A stretch of DNA of 64,000 bases from Bacillota bacterium (GTDB taxonomy: Bacteria; Bacillota_I; Bacilli_A; RF39; UBA660). The position numbers and the translations under genes were made by a program. The notes under the pieces are model-generated. The model was not told the origin of the DNA. It saw only the letters and a program-made list of their open reading frames with translations, and did no database searches. Shown one piece after another: positions 39,221 to 48,903 of the stretch (position 1 is its first letter; every line of letters begins with the position of its first letter). The stretch is from positions 7,796 to 71,795 of the forward strand of contig DOEC01000035.1 in NCBI GenBank assembly GCA_003524085.1, read 5' to 3'.

Positions 39221-40792
39221 ATGAATAATCAAAAAGAATTGGAAAGAAATGAGTTACATAAAACAATATGGAAGATGGCAGATGACTTACGTGGTTCTGT
39301 AGATGGATGGGATTTTAAACAATATGTTTTAGGTTTATTATTCTATAGATTTATATCCGAAAATTTAACTAGTTATTTAAATGAAGAAGAAAGAAAAGCA
39401 GGTAACCCTGATTTTGACTATACAAAACTAAGTGATGAAGAAGCTGAATATGGTAGAGAAGATACTCTAGCAGATAAAGGTTTTTATATATTACCTAGTG
39501 AATTATTCTGTAACTTAAGGAAAAGAGCAAGTGAAGATAAAGACTTAAATATTACATTAGGTAAAATACTTGATAACATAGAAAACTCGGCAAAAGGTAC
39601 GGCTTCTGAAGATGACATGAAAGGTTTATTTGATGACTTAGATTTTAATAGTAATAAACTTGGTAACATTGTTGATGATAGAAACACTAAAATTATTAAA
39701 ATGTTAAATGCAATAGGAGATTTAAAACTAGGAGACTATAAAGATAACACAATAGATACATTTGGAGATGCTTACGAATTTTTAATGACTATGTATGCTT
39801 CAAATGCTGGTAAATCAGGTGGAGAATTCTTTACTCCTCAAGAAGTAGGAGAATTACTTGCCAAAATAACTGTCATGGGTAAAACTGAAATAAATAAAGT
39901 ATATGATCCAGCATGTGGTTCAGGTTCACTACTACTTAAATTTGCTAAAGTACTTGGTAAAGACAATATAAAACAAGGTTTCTTTGGACAAGAAATAAAT
40001 ATAACAACATATAACCTTTGTAGAATAAATATGTTTTTACATGATATAAACTATAATAAATTTAGTATAGAACTAGGAGATACTTTACTTCATCCAGCAC
40101 ATGAAGAAGAGGAACCGTTTGACGCGATAGTATCAAATCCACCATATTCAATTAAATGGGCTGGTAAATCAAACCCACTTCTTATAAATGACCATAGATT
40201 TGCACCAGCAGGAATACTTGCGCCAGAGTCTAAAGCAGACCTTGCATTTACTATGCATATGCTATCTTATTTAAGTTCTAAAGGAACAGCAGCAATAGTT
40301 GAATTTCCAGGAGTACTTTATAGAGGTGGAGCAGAAGAAAAAATAAGAAAATACTTAGTTGATAACAACTTTATAGATACAGTCATACAACTACCTAGCG
40401 ACTTATTTTTTGGTACTTCAATAGCAACTTGCATAATAGTACTTAAAAAGAATAAACAAGATAATAACATTTTATTTATAGATGCTTCTAATGAATTTGT
40501 AAGAGGAAGTAATAAGAATAAACTATCCGATGAAAACATAGAAAACATACTAACACTTATTAAAAATAGAACTAATGAAGAAAATAAATCAGTACTAGTA
40601 ACATATGAAGAAATAAGTAACAATAGTTATAACTTGTCAGTTAACTCATATTTAAAAGTTACCTCTGATGAAGAAGAAATAGATATAGTAGAGTTAAATA
40701 AAAAGATAAAAGAAATAGTAGAAAAACAAGATAAAGTTAGGAAAGAATTAGACCAAATTATAGAAGAATTGGAGTCTGATAGTAATGAGTAA
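39221..40792 (+). CDS. hsdM: type I restriction-modification system, N6-adenine DNA methyltransferase subunit
   Basis: HsdM N-terminal domain (LRGSVDGWDFKQYVLGLLFYRFISE), SAM motif DPACGSGS, catalytic NPPY (SNPPYS). Confidence 0.9.
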   Translation: MNNQKELERNELHKTIWKMADDLRGSVDGWDFKQYVLGLLFYRFISENLTSYLNEEERKAGNPDFDYTKLSDEEAEYGREDTLADKGFYILPSELFCNLRKRASEDKDLNITLGKILDNIENSAKGTASEDDMKGLFDDLDFNSNKLGNIVDDRNTKIIKMLNAIGDLKLGDYKDNTIDTFGDAYEFLMTMYASNAGKSGGEFFTPQEVGELLAKITVMGKTEINKVYDPACGSGSLLLKFAKVLGKDNIKQGFFGQEINITTYNLCRINMFLHDINYNKFSIELGDTLLHPAHEEEEPFDAIVSNPPYSIKWAGKSNPLLINDHRFAPAGILAPESKADLAFTMHMLSYLSSKGTAAIVEFPGVLYRGGAEEKIRKYLVDNNFIDTVIQLPSDLFFGTSIATCIIVLKKNKQDNNILFIDASNEFVRGSNKNKLSDENIENILTLIKNRTNEENKSVLVTYEEISNNSYNLSVNSYLKVTSDEEEIDIVELNKKIKEIVEKQDKVRKELDQIIEELESDSNE

Positions 40793-42029
40793 GATAGAAG
40801 AGTTGATAAAAAAGTTATGTCCTAATGGAGTAGAGTATAAAGATTTAAATAGTGTTTTTAAACTTTTTTCTGGAATGAGAGACGTTTCAAATAAATGGAA
40901 AGAAACAGGAAATTGTCAATTTATAGATTATATGAATGCCTATAAAAACCAAAAAATTGATGTAACTAAATTACCTTATGCAACTGTAAAATCGTTAAAT
41001 CAAAACATATTAAAAAGAGGAGATTTGTTATTGACAAGTGCTTCTGAAGTAAGGGAAGAATGTGCAATATGTTCTGTAATAGAAAATGATATTGAAGACA
41101 ACATATTTATGGATGATCATTTATTCGGTTTAAGATTAAAAGATATGTATATAGACAAAATCAATACAACTTTTATAAGCTATTACTTGAATTCTGAACC
41201 ATTCAGATGTAATTTAAAGAAAGCAATACGAGGGGTTACTAGATTTTACATATCAAATGATAATTACTTAAAATTAAAAGTTCCAGTACCACCATTAGAA
41301 GTACAAGAAGAAATAGTAAGAATACTAGATAAGTTTGGAGAGTTGGAGACAGAGTTAGAGGCAGAGTTAGAGGCAAGGAAGAGTCAGTATGAGTTTTGGC
41401 GTGGCAAATTATTAAATAACAATGCGAGTAAAATAGTAAAGCTTGGAGAAGTTTGCCTTGTTAGTTCAGGTGGTACACCTTCTAAAAAAAAGACAGAGTA
41501 TTGGGAAAATGGAGATATAAAATGGCTTGGATCTTCAGTATGTTGTAACAAAAAAACAGTAGAAGAGGTAACAGATAAAATTACAGAGGTAGGATTAAAA
41601 AATTCATCAGCAAAAATTTTAACTCCTAAAACTACCCTTATAGCGATGGTTGGCGCAACAATAGGAAAAGTTGCTTTTCTTGAATTTGAAGCATGTACAA
41701 ACCAAAATGTTGCCAGCTTAATTCCAAAAGATACATCATTTCTTAATTCGGACTATTTATTTTATGCATGTAGAAACCTATATTCACAATTTGTTGAATA
41801 TTCAAAAGGAAAATTTTCAATTGCTAGTCTTGGATATATTAAAAATTTAGAAATAAAAGTACCTTCATTACAAGAACAAGAAAGAATAGTTAACATACTT
41901 GATAAATTTGATAAACTAGTTAATGATATTTCAGAAGGTTTACCTGCTGAAATAGAAGCAAGAAGAAAACAATACGAGTATTATAGAAATAAACTTTTAA
42001 GTTTTGAGGAGTTGGTTGTTAATGAGTAA
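40785..42029 (+). CDS. hsdS: type I R-M specificity subunit
   Basis: two TRDs separated by conserved central helix LEVQEEIVRILDKF..ELEAELEARKSQYEFWRGKLL and C-terminal repeat of same. Confidence 0.9.
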   Translation: MSKIEELIKKLCPNGVEYKDLNSVFKLFSGMRDVSNKWKETGNCQFIDYMNAYKNQKIDVTKLPYATVKSLNQNILKRGDLLLTSASEVREECAICSVIENDIEDNIFMDDHLFGLRLKDMYIDKINTTFISYYLNSEPFRCNLKKAIRGVTRFYISNDNYLKLKVPVPPLEVQEEIVRILDKFGELETELEAELEARKSQYEFWRGKLLNNNASKIVKLGEVCLVSSGGTPSKKKTEYWENGDIKWLGSSVCCNKKTVEEVTDKITEVGLKNSSAKILTPKTTLIAMVGATIGKVAFLEFEACTNQNVASLIPKDTSFLNSDYLFYACRNLYSQFVEYSKGKFSIASLGYIKNLEIKVPSLQEQERIVNILDKFDKLVNDISEGLPAEIEARRKQYEYYRNKLLSFEELVVNE

Positions 42030-43164
42030 ATTCAACTCAGTTGAAGAAGTAAAGAATGAATTAATAAGAATACTTAACAAGGTTGTTAAAGATAAGAAAA
42101 GTGGAAAAGAAAAAATTAATGTTGTGTTACTTTATGCCTTTAATGGAACAGGCAAAACTAGAATTTCCGAATTAATAACTGAAGAGGAAGAAAATAAGTG
42201 TTTATTTTATAACGCATATGTTGAAGACTACTTTACTTGGAATAATAGAGAAAAAGAATTTCTAATTGATATGAATGCTGATTTATTTAGAATAATAAGA
42301 ACTCAAGAATTAGAAAATGATATTATAGATAATTTTAAAAGCTTAGTTGAAACTAAACTAGAGCCTGTATTTGATATACCAGACGCAAAAATCACATTTC
42401 AACTAGCAACAGGAGACTCTAATTCTACACAAAATGTAAAGATATCTAAAGGCGAAGAAAGTATGTTTATATGGTCTGTATTTTACTCAATATTAAACTT
42501 ATCTTTAGAAATGTTAGATGAAGAGTTGGAAAATAGAAGTTGCGAAGATTTTAATTTACTAAGATATATAATTGTTGATGACCCAGTATCTTCAATAGAT
42601 GATACTAAAATCATTGCAATTGTTGATCAATTTACAGAATACTTAAATAGATTAAAAAATGTTGATATTAAAAATGATAATAAGTTAAGTATTTTAATTA
42701 CCACACATCATCCATTATTTTTTAATATAATGCAAAATTACTTTAAAAATAAATCAAATGATAAGTTTAATGCAGAATATTATGTACTAATGAGAGGTGA
42801 AAATAATACTTTAGAACTTAATGAACAAAGAGGGGACTCCCCATTCGCTTATCATTTATCACTTATAGAAGAACTTGTTACAGTAGTCAATGAAGATAAT
42901 ATAAAGAAGTATCATTATAATATTTTAAGAAGTTTATTTGAAAAGACTTCAAACTACTTAGGTTATACCAACTGGGCTGACTGTATTAGTGATGAAGAAG
43001 ATAAGAGTTTAATTATTAAAGAGGTTAATCAAAATAGTCATAATAGATTATCTGACATTGAATATTGTGAGTTATCAGAAGAAGATAAAGAGTTATTTAA
43101 GAGAGTGTTTAAAAGATTTTTAGAGGATTTTAACTGGAAGTCAAAAGAAAAAGTTAAGGAGTAA
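42022..43164 (+). CDS. prrC: PrrC-like anticodon nuclease (ABC-type ATPase head + C-terminal ACNase motif) embedded in the type I R-M operon
   Basis: Walker A AFNGTGKT; ABC signature ISKGEESMF; Walker B/D-loop IIVDDPVSSIDD; H-loop ITTHH; C-terminal R-x3-E...(33 aa)...H (LRSLFE ... QNSHN) matching PrrC R320/E324/H356 spacing; position between hsdS and hsdR. Confidence 0.65.
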   Translation: MSKFNSVEEVKNELIRILNKVVKDKKSGKEKINVVLLYAFNGTGKTRISELITEEEENKCLFYNAYVEDYFTWNNREKEFLIDMNADLFRIIRTQELENDIIDNFKSLVETKLEPVFDIPDAKITFQLATGDSNSTQNVKISKGEESMFIWSVFYSILNLSLEMLDEELENRSCEDFNLLRYIIVDDPVSSIDDTKIIAIVDQFTEYLNRLKNVDIKNDNKLSILITTHHPLFFNIMQNYFKNKSNDKFNAEYYVLMRGENNTLELNEQRGDSPFAYHLSLIEELVTVVNEDNIKKYHYNILRSLFEKTSNYLGYTNWADCISDEEDKSLIIKEVNQNSHNRLSDIEYCELSEEDKELFKRVFKRFLEDFNWKSKEKVKE

Positions 43165-43170
43165 TGTGTA

Positions 43171-43803
43171 ATGAAAAAAAGTAAAATAATGATATTTTGT
43201 TTGTTAGTTTTTTCTATAATTTGTTTAATAATCTATGTAATATTAGCGTTATGTGTTTCTTGTCCAATTGTTGAAACTATAGTTCTAGGCCTTTTAACTA
43301 GTGCAGTAGTTACACTTTTTGTATCTGTTTTAGACTATTGTTGTTTCAGAGATGAAGAGATACAAAAGTTTAAATTAGAAATAAGTAAATACTTTTGTTA
43401 TTTGATGGACTTTAAAAAAGACATTAATGATATATTAGTTATGTTTGATAAAAGACAACATATTAAAGTCGAAGATTATGTAAAAAGTAACATTAACACT
43501 TTAAAATATTTGTGTGTAGGTAAACCACAATTCTTATCTTTTGATTTTATACTCAAAGATAAGAACTTTACAAAGACAACTAATTACTTATATGATTTAA
43601 CATTTGGAACTAAACTAATTGAAATTTATAATAAGAAAAAAATTATAACATTAGAAGGGTATAAAAGTTATCTAAACGATTTATTAAAAGAAATTAATAA
43701 AGAAGTAGATACAATTAATAATGAGATGAAGAATATTAAGAAGTTTAAGATCGCTAAGGAATGGGAAAAATTTACTGAAAGAGAAAATGTATTTGGGAGT
43801 TGA
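43171..43803 (+). CDS. 2-TM membrane protein of unknown function between prrC-like gene and hsdR
   Basis: MKKSKIMIFCLLVFSIICLIIYVILAL and second helix; no recognizable domain. Confidence 0.55.
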   Translation: MKKSKIMIFCLLVFSIICLIIYVILALCVSCPIVETIVLGLLTSAVVTLFVSVLDYCCFRDEEIQKFKLEISKYFCYLMDFKKDINDILVMFDKRQHIKVEDYVKSNINTLKYLCVGKPQFLSFDFILKDKNFTKTTNYLYDLTFGTKLIEIYNKKKIITLEGYKSYLNDLLKEINKEVDTINNEMKNIKKFKIAKEWEKFTERENVFGS

Positions 43804-43809
43804 TAATTA

Positions 43810-46800
43810 ATGGTTAATATAATAAGTGAAAGTGATAACTATACAGTAGTTACTGAGTATAAAGGTTTAGAAAAGAAAAGTGGTACTTATCAAAGTGAAG
43901 ATGCTTTAGAAAAAGAATTAATTAAAACATTAATGGAACAAGGTTATGAGTATTTAACTTTTAATAGTGAAAGTGAATTAATTAGTAATTTAAGAGATAA
44001 ACTTGGTAAACTTAATAATCATGTGTTTAGCGATAATGAGTGGAATAATTTATTTAATAATGTAATAGCTAATAAGAATAATCATATACTTGAGAAAACT
44101 AAGATAATTCAAGAAGATTATAAACAGCCTTTAAGACTTGATAATGGAGAGTTAATTAATGTTTATTTAATAGATAAAGATAATATACATAATAATTGTC
44201 TACAAGTAATTAATCAGTATGAAAATAATGATGGTAATCATGAAAATAGGTATGATGTAACTATACTAGTAAATGGTTTACCTTTAGTACATATTGAACT
44301 TAAAAGAAGAGGAATAGACTTAAGAGAAGCATTTAATCAAATAGATAGATATCAAAGAGACTCATTCTGGGCTGGAAGTGGTTTATATGAATATATTCAA
44401 ATATTTATTATAAGTAATGGAACATATACTAAGTATTATTCTAATACTACAAGAGATTTACACTTGAAAACAGGTACTAAGAAAACTTCTAATACATTTG
44501 AATTTACTTCTTATTGGTCAGACCAAAATAATAATTCAATTATTGATTTAATAGATTTTGCTAAAACTTTCTTAGCAAAACATACTATCTTAAATGTACT
44601 TTGTAAGTACTGTGTATTTTCAACTGATGGCACTCTTTTAGTTATGAGACCTTATCAAATAGTTGCTACTGAAAAGATTATTAATAAAATAGAAATATCT
44701 CATAATTATAAATTATATGGAAGTATTAAATCAGGTGGATATATTTGGCATACTACAGGTAGTGGTAAAACACTTACAAGTTTTAAAACAAGTCAACTTG
44801 CTAGTAAGTTAAGTTTTATTGATAAAGTTGTATTTGTTGTTGATAGAAAAGACTTAGACTATCAAACAATGAAAGAGTATGATAAATTTAAAGAAGGATG
44901 CGCTAATAGTAACTCTAATACTAAAATACTAGAGTCTCAACTAGCTGATAATGATTCTAAAATAATAATAACTACTATACAAAAATTAACTAATTATATA
45001 AAGAAATTTCCTAAACATAATGCATTTGATAAACAAGTAGTATTTATATTTGATGAATGTCATAGAAGTCAATTTGGAGATATGCACAAAGCTATTATAT
45101 CTAAGTTTAAGTATTACTATATATTTGGTTTTACTGGTACTCCTATATTTAAAGAAAACGCTATAACTAGAAAAAGTATAGTCTTAACAACTGAGCAAGT
45201 ATTTGGAGAAAAACTACATACTTATACTATTGTAAATGCTATAAATGATAAAAATGTATTACCTTTTAGATATGAGTTTGTAGAAAATATTGGTAGAAAA
45301 AGTGATATAGAAGATGAAATGGGTTTTAAAATTGATAAAAATAGAGTATTTAATAACCCAGTTAGAATAGAACAAATAACTAAGTATATTATCAATAACT
45401 TTGCTAGAAAAACTAAAAATAATGAAACTTATTTATTTAGTACTTTAGATAATGTTAAAGAAGTTGCTAAAGATAATAACGCTGTTGAAGTTAAGAAAAA
45501 GTATTATGTAAATGGATTTAATTCAATATTTGCTACTTCTTCAATTGAAGCTGCTAAAAAGTACTATGAATGTTTTAAAAATATACCTAACAATTTGAAA
45601 GTCGCTTTAATATATAGTTATGGTGTTAATGATGAAGTTATCACTTGCTTTGATGATGAAAACTCTGAGTCTGCGGAAAATCTAAGTAAAAGTGATAGAG
45701 ATTATTTAGACTATGCCATTAAAGACTATAATAAAATGTTTGGAACTACTTATGATACATCTAATGAAAAATTTCAAAACTATTATAAAGATGTTTCTCT
45801 TAGAATGAAGAATAGAGAAATAGACATTTTAATTGTTGCTAATATGTTTTTAACTGGTTTTGACGCTAAGACATTAAATACTTTATGGGTTGATAAAAAT
45901 CTTAATTATCACGGACTTATTCAAGCATTCTCTAGAACTAATAGAATACTTAATTCTGTTAAAACATTTGGTAATATAGTATGTTTTAGAGATTTGGAAA
46001 AGGAACTTAATGATGCATTAGGTTTATTTGGAGATGCTGAAGCGTCTAGCATCGTTTTGTTAAAACCGTATGAAGACTATTTAAATGGCTATGATGATGG
46101 TAAACATAGTTTTGTAGGTTATATAACTTTAGTTAATGAACTTAAAAGTAAGTTTAATCCAGGTGAACTAATAGTTGGAGAGAGTAAACAAATTGAGTTT
46201 ATCAAGTTATTTGGACAAATATTAAAAGCTAGAAATATTCTTTCTACTTTTGATAAGTTTAGTAATGATGATATATTAGACGCTAGAGACGAACAAAATT
46301 ATAGAAGTACATATATTGAACTAAATAGTCAGTATAAACAGAGAATGAAAGCAGATAAACTTGATGTTAGTAATGATATAGTCTTTGAAATGGAATTAGT
46401 TAAACAAATAGAAGTTAATGTTGACTATATTTTAAATTTAATTAAAGAGTATCATGATGGTAATATGGAAAATAAAGAGTTATTGATTACTATTAATAGA
46501 ATGGTTATGTCCAGTCCTGACTTAAGAAATAAGGTTGACTTAATTGATGAGTTTATTAGAAGTTTGAATAAAGATAGTAATGTATATAATGACTTTAATT
46601 CTTTTATGAATAGTAAAAAGAAAGAAGAGTTAGACAAAATAATTTCAGAAGAGAACTTGGATAAAGAGAAAACTTATGTCTTCGTAAAAAGAAGTTTTGA
46701 AAACGGAAGAGTAGAAACTAATGGTACAGAACTATCATCTATATTACCAGCAATGAGTAGGTTTGAAGCAGATAAAAAAAGAACAAAGAAGAAAGAGAGT

Positions 46801-46863
46801 GTTGTTGAGAAGCTAATTGGTTTCTTTGATAAATTCTTTAGTATTAGTAATTCAGAATTTTAG
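43810..46863 (+). CDS. hsdR: type I restriction enzyme R subunit
   Basis: N-terminal nuclease ILVNGLPLVHIELK; SF2 motifs HTTGSGKT, DECHRSQ; 1017 aa. Confidence 0.9.
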   Translation: MVNIISESDNYTVVTEYKGLEKKSGTYQSEDALEKELIKTLMEQGYEYLTFNSESELISNLRDKLGKLNNHVFSDNEWNNLFNNVIANKNNHILEKTKIIQEDYKQPLRLDNGELINVYLIDKDNIHNNCLQVINQYENNDGNHENRYDVTILVNGLPLVHIELKRRGIDLREAFNQIDRYQRDSFWAGSGLYEYIQIFIISNGTYTKYYSNTTRDLHLKTGTKKTSNTFEFTSYWSDQNNNSIIDLIDFAKTFLAKHTILNVLCKYCVFSTDGTLLVMRPYQIVATEKIINKIEISHNYKLYGSIKSGGYIWHTTGSGKTLTSFKTSQLASKLSFIDKVVFVVDRKDLDYQTMKEYDKFKEGCANSNSNTKILESQLADNDSKIIITTIQKLTNYIKKFPKHNAFDKQVVFIFDECHRSQFGDMHKAIISKFKYYYIFGFTGTPIFKENAITRKSIVLTTEQVFGEKLHTYTIVNAINDKNVLPFRYEFVENIGRKSDIEDEMGFKIDKNRVFNNPVRIEQITKYIINNFARKTKNNETYLFSTLDNVKEVAKDNNAVEVKKKYYVNGFNSIFATSSIEAAKKYYECFKNIPNNLKVALIYSYGVNDEVITCFDDENSESAENLSKSDRDYLDYAIKDYNKMFGTTYDTSNEKFQNYYKDVSLRMKNREIDILIVANMFLTGFDAKTLNTLWVDKNLNYHGLIQAFSRTNRILNSVKTFGNIVCFRDLEKELNDALGLFGDAEASSIVLLKPYEDYLNGYDDGKHSFVGYITLVNELKSKFNPGELIVGESKQIEFIKLFGQILKARNILSTFDKFSNDDILDARDEQNYRSTYIELNSQYKQRMKADKLDVSNDIVFEMELVKQIEVNVDYILNLIKEYHDGNMENKELLITINRMVMSSPDLRNKVDLIDEFIRSLNKDSNVYNDFNSFMNSKKKEELDKIISEENLDKEKTYVFVKRSFENGRVETNGTELSSILPAMSRFEADKKRTKKKESVVEKLIGFFDKFFSISNSEF

Positions 46864-47172
46864 TAATGTGAGAAGTCTATTGTTTAATAGATTTCTTTTT
46901 TTATACTTTAACAAAAATTTTATAATCTTCAGTAGATAATTGACACAAGTTTATCATCTTGTTATAATTTAGTTGCTATGGATAGTATACTATGAAGAAA
47001 AACACCGTTGTTGGTAAGGCATTGTGCCAATTGTAAAAGAAGAAAATAGTGAATATTTTACAAAAGGAGAAAAAGAGGGTGTTCTTGAAACATTATCTTT
47101 CTGTCCAGTTTATGATAATGAAATTGATGATGAACGTATGGATAAATTTTTCTATATAAAGGAGTGATTTAA

Positions 47173-47811
47173 ATGTCAAAGTATAAGTTATTATTAGATG
47201 AGTCAGGTTCTTTTGAAAATAAAGACGAAAAATATGTAATAATAGGTGGGGTTCTCTTTAAAGAAGAATATCAACCTGAACTTGAAAAGATTTTTGTTCC
47301 ATTGCATACTCACTTACGTAATGTTTTAAAATGCACTGAGTTACATGCTACTAGAAATAAAGAACTTTTTGATTATTTGGCTCCTATTTTGGGAGCTTGT
47401 GAATACATAACTCCTATCGTTTTTGTTATTGACAAAAAGAGTAGCTTTATTTTTGATAATTATGATCATAAAAGTTTTAAATATAATAAAGCAATTCAAC
47501 ATTTAATTAAAAAAATGATTAAGAATGGATTAGTCAATAATGATGATGAACTATATATAAAAATAGATAACATTAATCTAAATAGAGATGAAACTGATAA
47601 TTTAACAAATTGGTTGCCAAAAAATATGAGTATTGTTAAAGAGGTAAAACAAGGTGACTCTAGAGATTATATTGCTTTGCAGCTTGCTGATATAATTGTT
47701 AATAATTTTAGTAAAAAAACAACTTGTAAACTAAATTCAGTAAGAGTAAAAATGTTATCTCCAAAGATTTATTGTTTTTTAAATAAAACTGTAAAAGAGT
47801 ATTTTATATAA
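47173..47811 (+). CDS. DUF3800-family protein
   Basis: N-terminal LLLDESGSF...GGVLF and C-terminal QLADI motifs. Confidence 0.65.
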   Translation: MSKYKLLLDESGSFENKDEKYVIIGGVLFKEEYQPELEKIFVPLHTHLRNVLKCTELHATRNKELFDYLAPILGACEYITPIVFVIDKKSSFIFDNYDHKSFKYNKAIQHLIKKMIKNGLVNNDDELYIKIDNINLNRDETDNLTNWLPKNMSIVKEVKQGDSRDYIALQLADIIVNNFSKKTTCKLNSVRVKMLSPKIYCFLNKTVKEYFI

Positions 47812-47869
47812 CTATTGCTTTGTTTTTGATGAATTAAGTGTTATAATTATCTTACATTCAGGAGGTTAT

Positions 47870-48592
47870 ATGAGAAATGAAGTGCAAGAAATATATATAA
47901 ATTTAGATGATTCTGGTAAATTAAGTTCTAAAGAAGACATTAGTGTGTATGGCGGTGTCGTATTTTTAAGTAAAAAAGAGAAAGATAAATTTATAACTCA
48001 GTATAAAAAGATTATAAATGAGGTCAAGTGTGAATACTGCAAGATATGTAATCACGCCTGTCCTGAGATTAAAAATACAAATATTAAGCCAGAACATAAG
48101 CGTTGGTTAATGAATTACATTAAAAATTATTTTGTAGTTGGGTTAATAATTGAAAATAAAAAGGTGTATGAAGAAATATTACAAAGTAAGGCATCAAAAG
48201 GAAGATTTACTGATTATGCTATTCGTAGGCTTATTAAAGAAATATTAAAGTCACTAATTAAAGAAGGCAAAATCGATCCATATAAGCCTGTTAAGATTGT
48301 ATTAAATATAGACCAACAAAGTACAAAAAGTAATGGATATTATAATTTACGTGATGGTATATTAGAAGAGCTTAAATATGGAATATCTGCCTACAATTAT
48401 TCTGTTAAGAGAAAGAAAATAGTTTACTCTGATTTAGATATTTTAGTTACTTATCAAGTATCTGCTAAGAGTTATGTTATTCAAGCAGCTGATTTACTAG
48501 CAGGTACAATAAGAAGAACTGTACTTGACAACATTGAAAACTATGGAAGAGCTTTATCAAAATTTGTGGACTTAAAAATAAAACTTCCATAA
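47870..48592 (+). CDS. DUF3800-family protein (paralog of preceding gene)
   Basis: LDDSGKL...GGVVF and IQAADLLAG motifs. Confidence 0.65.
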   Translation: MRNEVQEIYINLDDSGKLSSKEDISVYGGVVFLSKKEKDKFITQYKKIINEVKCEYCKICNHACPEIKNTNIKPEHKRWLMNYIKNYFVVGLIIENKKVYEEILQSKASKGRFTDYAIRRLIKEILKSLIKEGKIDPYKPVKIVLNIDQQSTKSNGYYNLRDGILEELKYGISAYNYSVKRKKIVYSDLDILVTYQVSAKSYVIQAADLLAGTIRRTVLDNIENYGRALSKFVDLKIKLP

Positions 48593-48595
48593 AAG

Positions 48596-48620
48596 AAAAA
48601 AAGCCATTACTGGCTTTTTC
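48596..48620 (+). terminator. rho-independent terminator AAAAAGCCA-TTAC-TGGCTTTTT
   Basis: read directly from the sequence. Confidence 0.6.
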
Positions 48621-48862
48621 CCAATTAGGGCGGCGTACTTAGAATTACGCTTAAATATAAATATTCGCGACCTAACTATCGACCTGACGAGATTTCTCTC
48701 CGGTAATACAATAATACACTATTTTTATTAAAATGTCAAACATAATTTGACATTGTGTCAAGAAAACAGTTACATTTTGTATTATTGTATATAAATATTA
48801 TATGCGTTATATGCCTAATTATACTTTATTAAAAAAGTAAATATATAATGTTTATATCAATA

Positions 48863-48896
48863 AAAAAAAGAAGACCTAACAACAAAATTGTTAGGC
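48863..48896 (-). terminator. cysS terminator (CCTAACAA-loop-TTGTTAGG then U-run on minus strand)
   Basis: read directly from the sequence. Confidence 0.6.
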
Positions 48897-48903
48897 TTTT
48901 TCT

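Noticed and set aside
48690-48705. CUGACGAG block suggesting a hammerhead ribozyme
   Set aside because: No accompanying GAAA / stem III context could be found; an isolated octamer is insufficient
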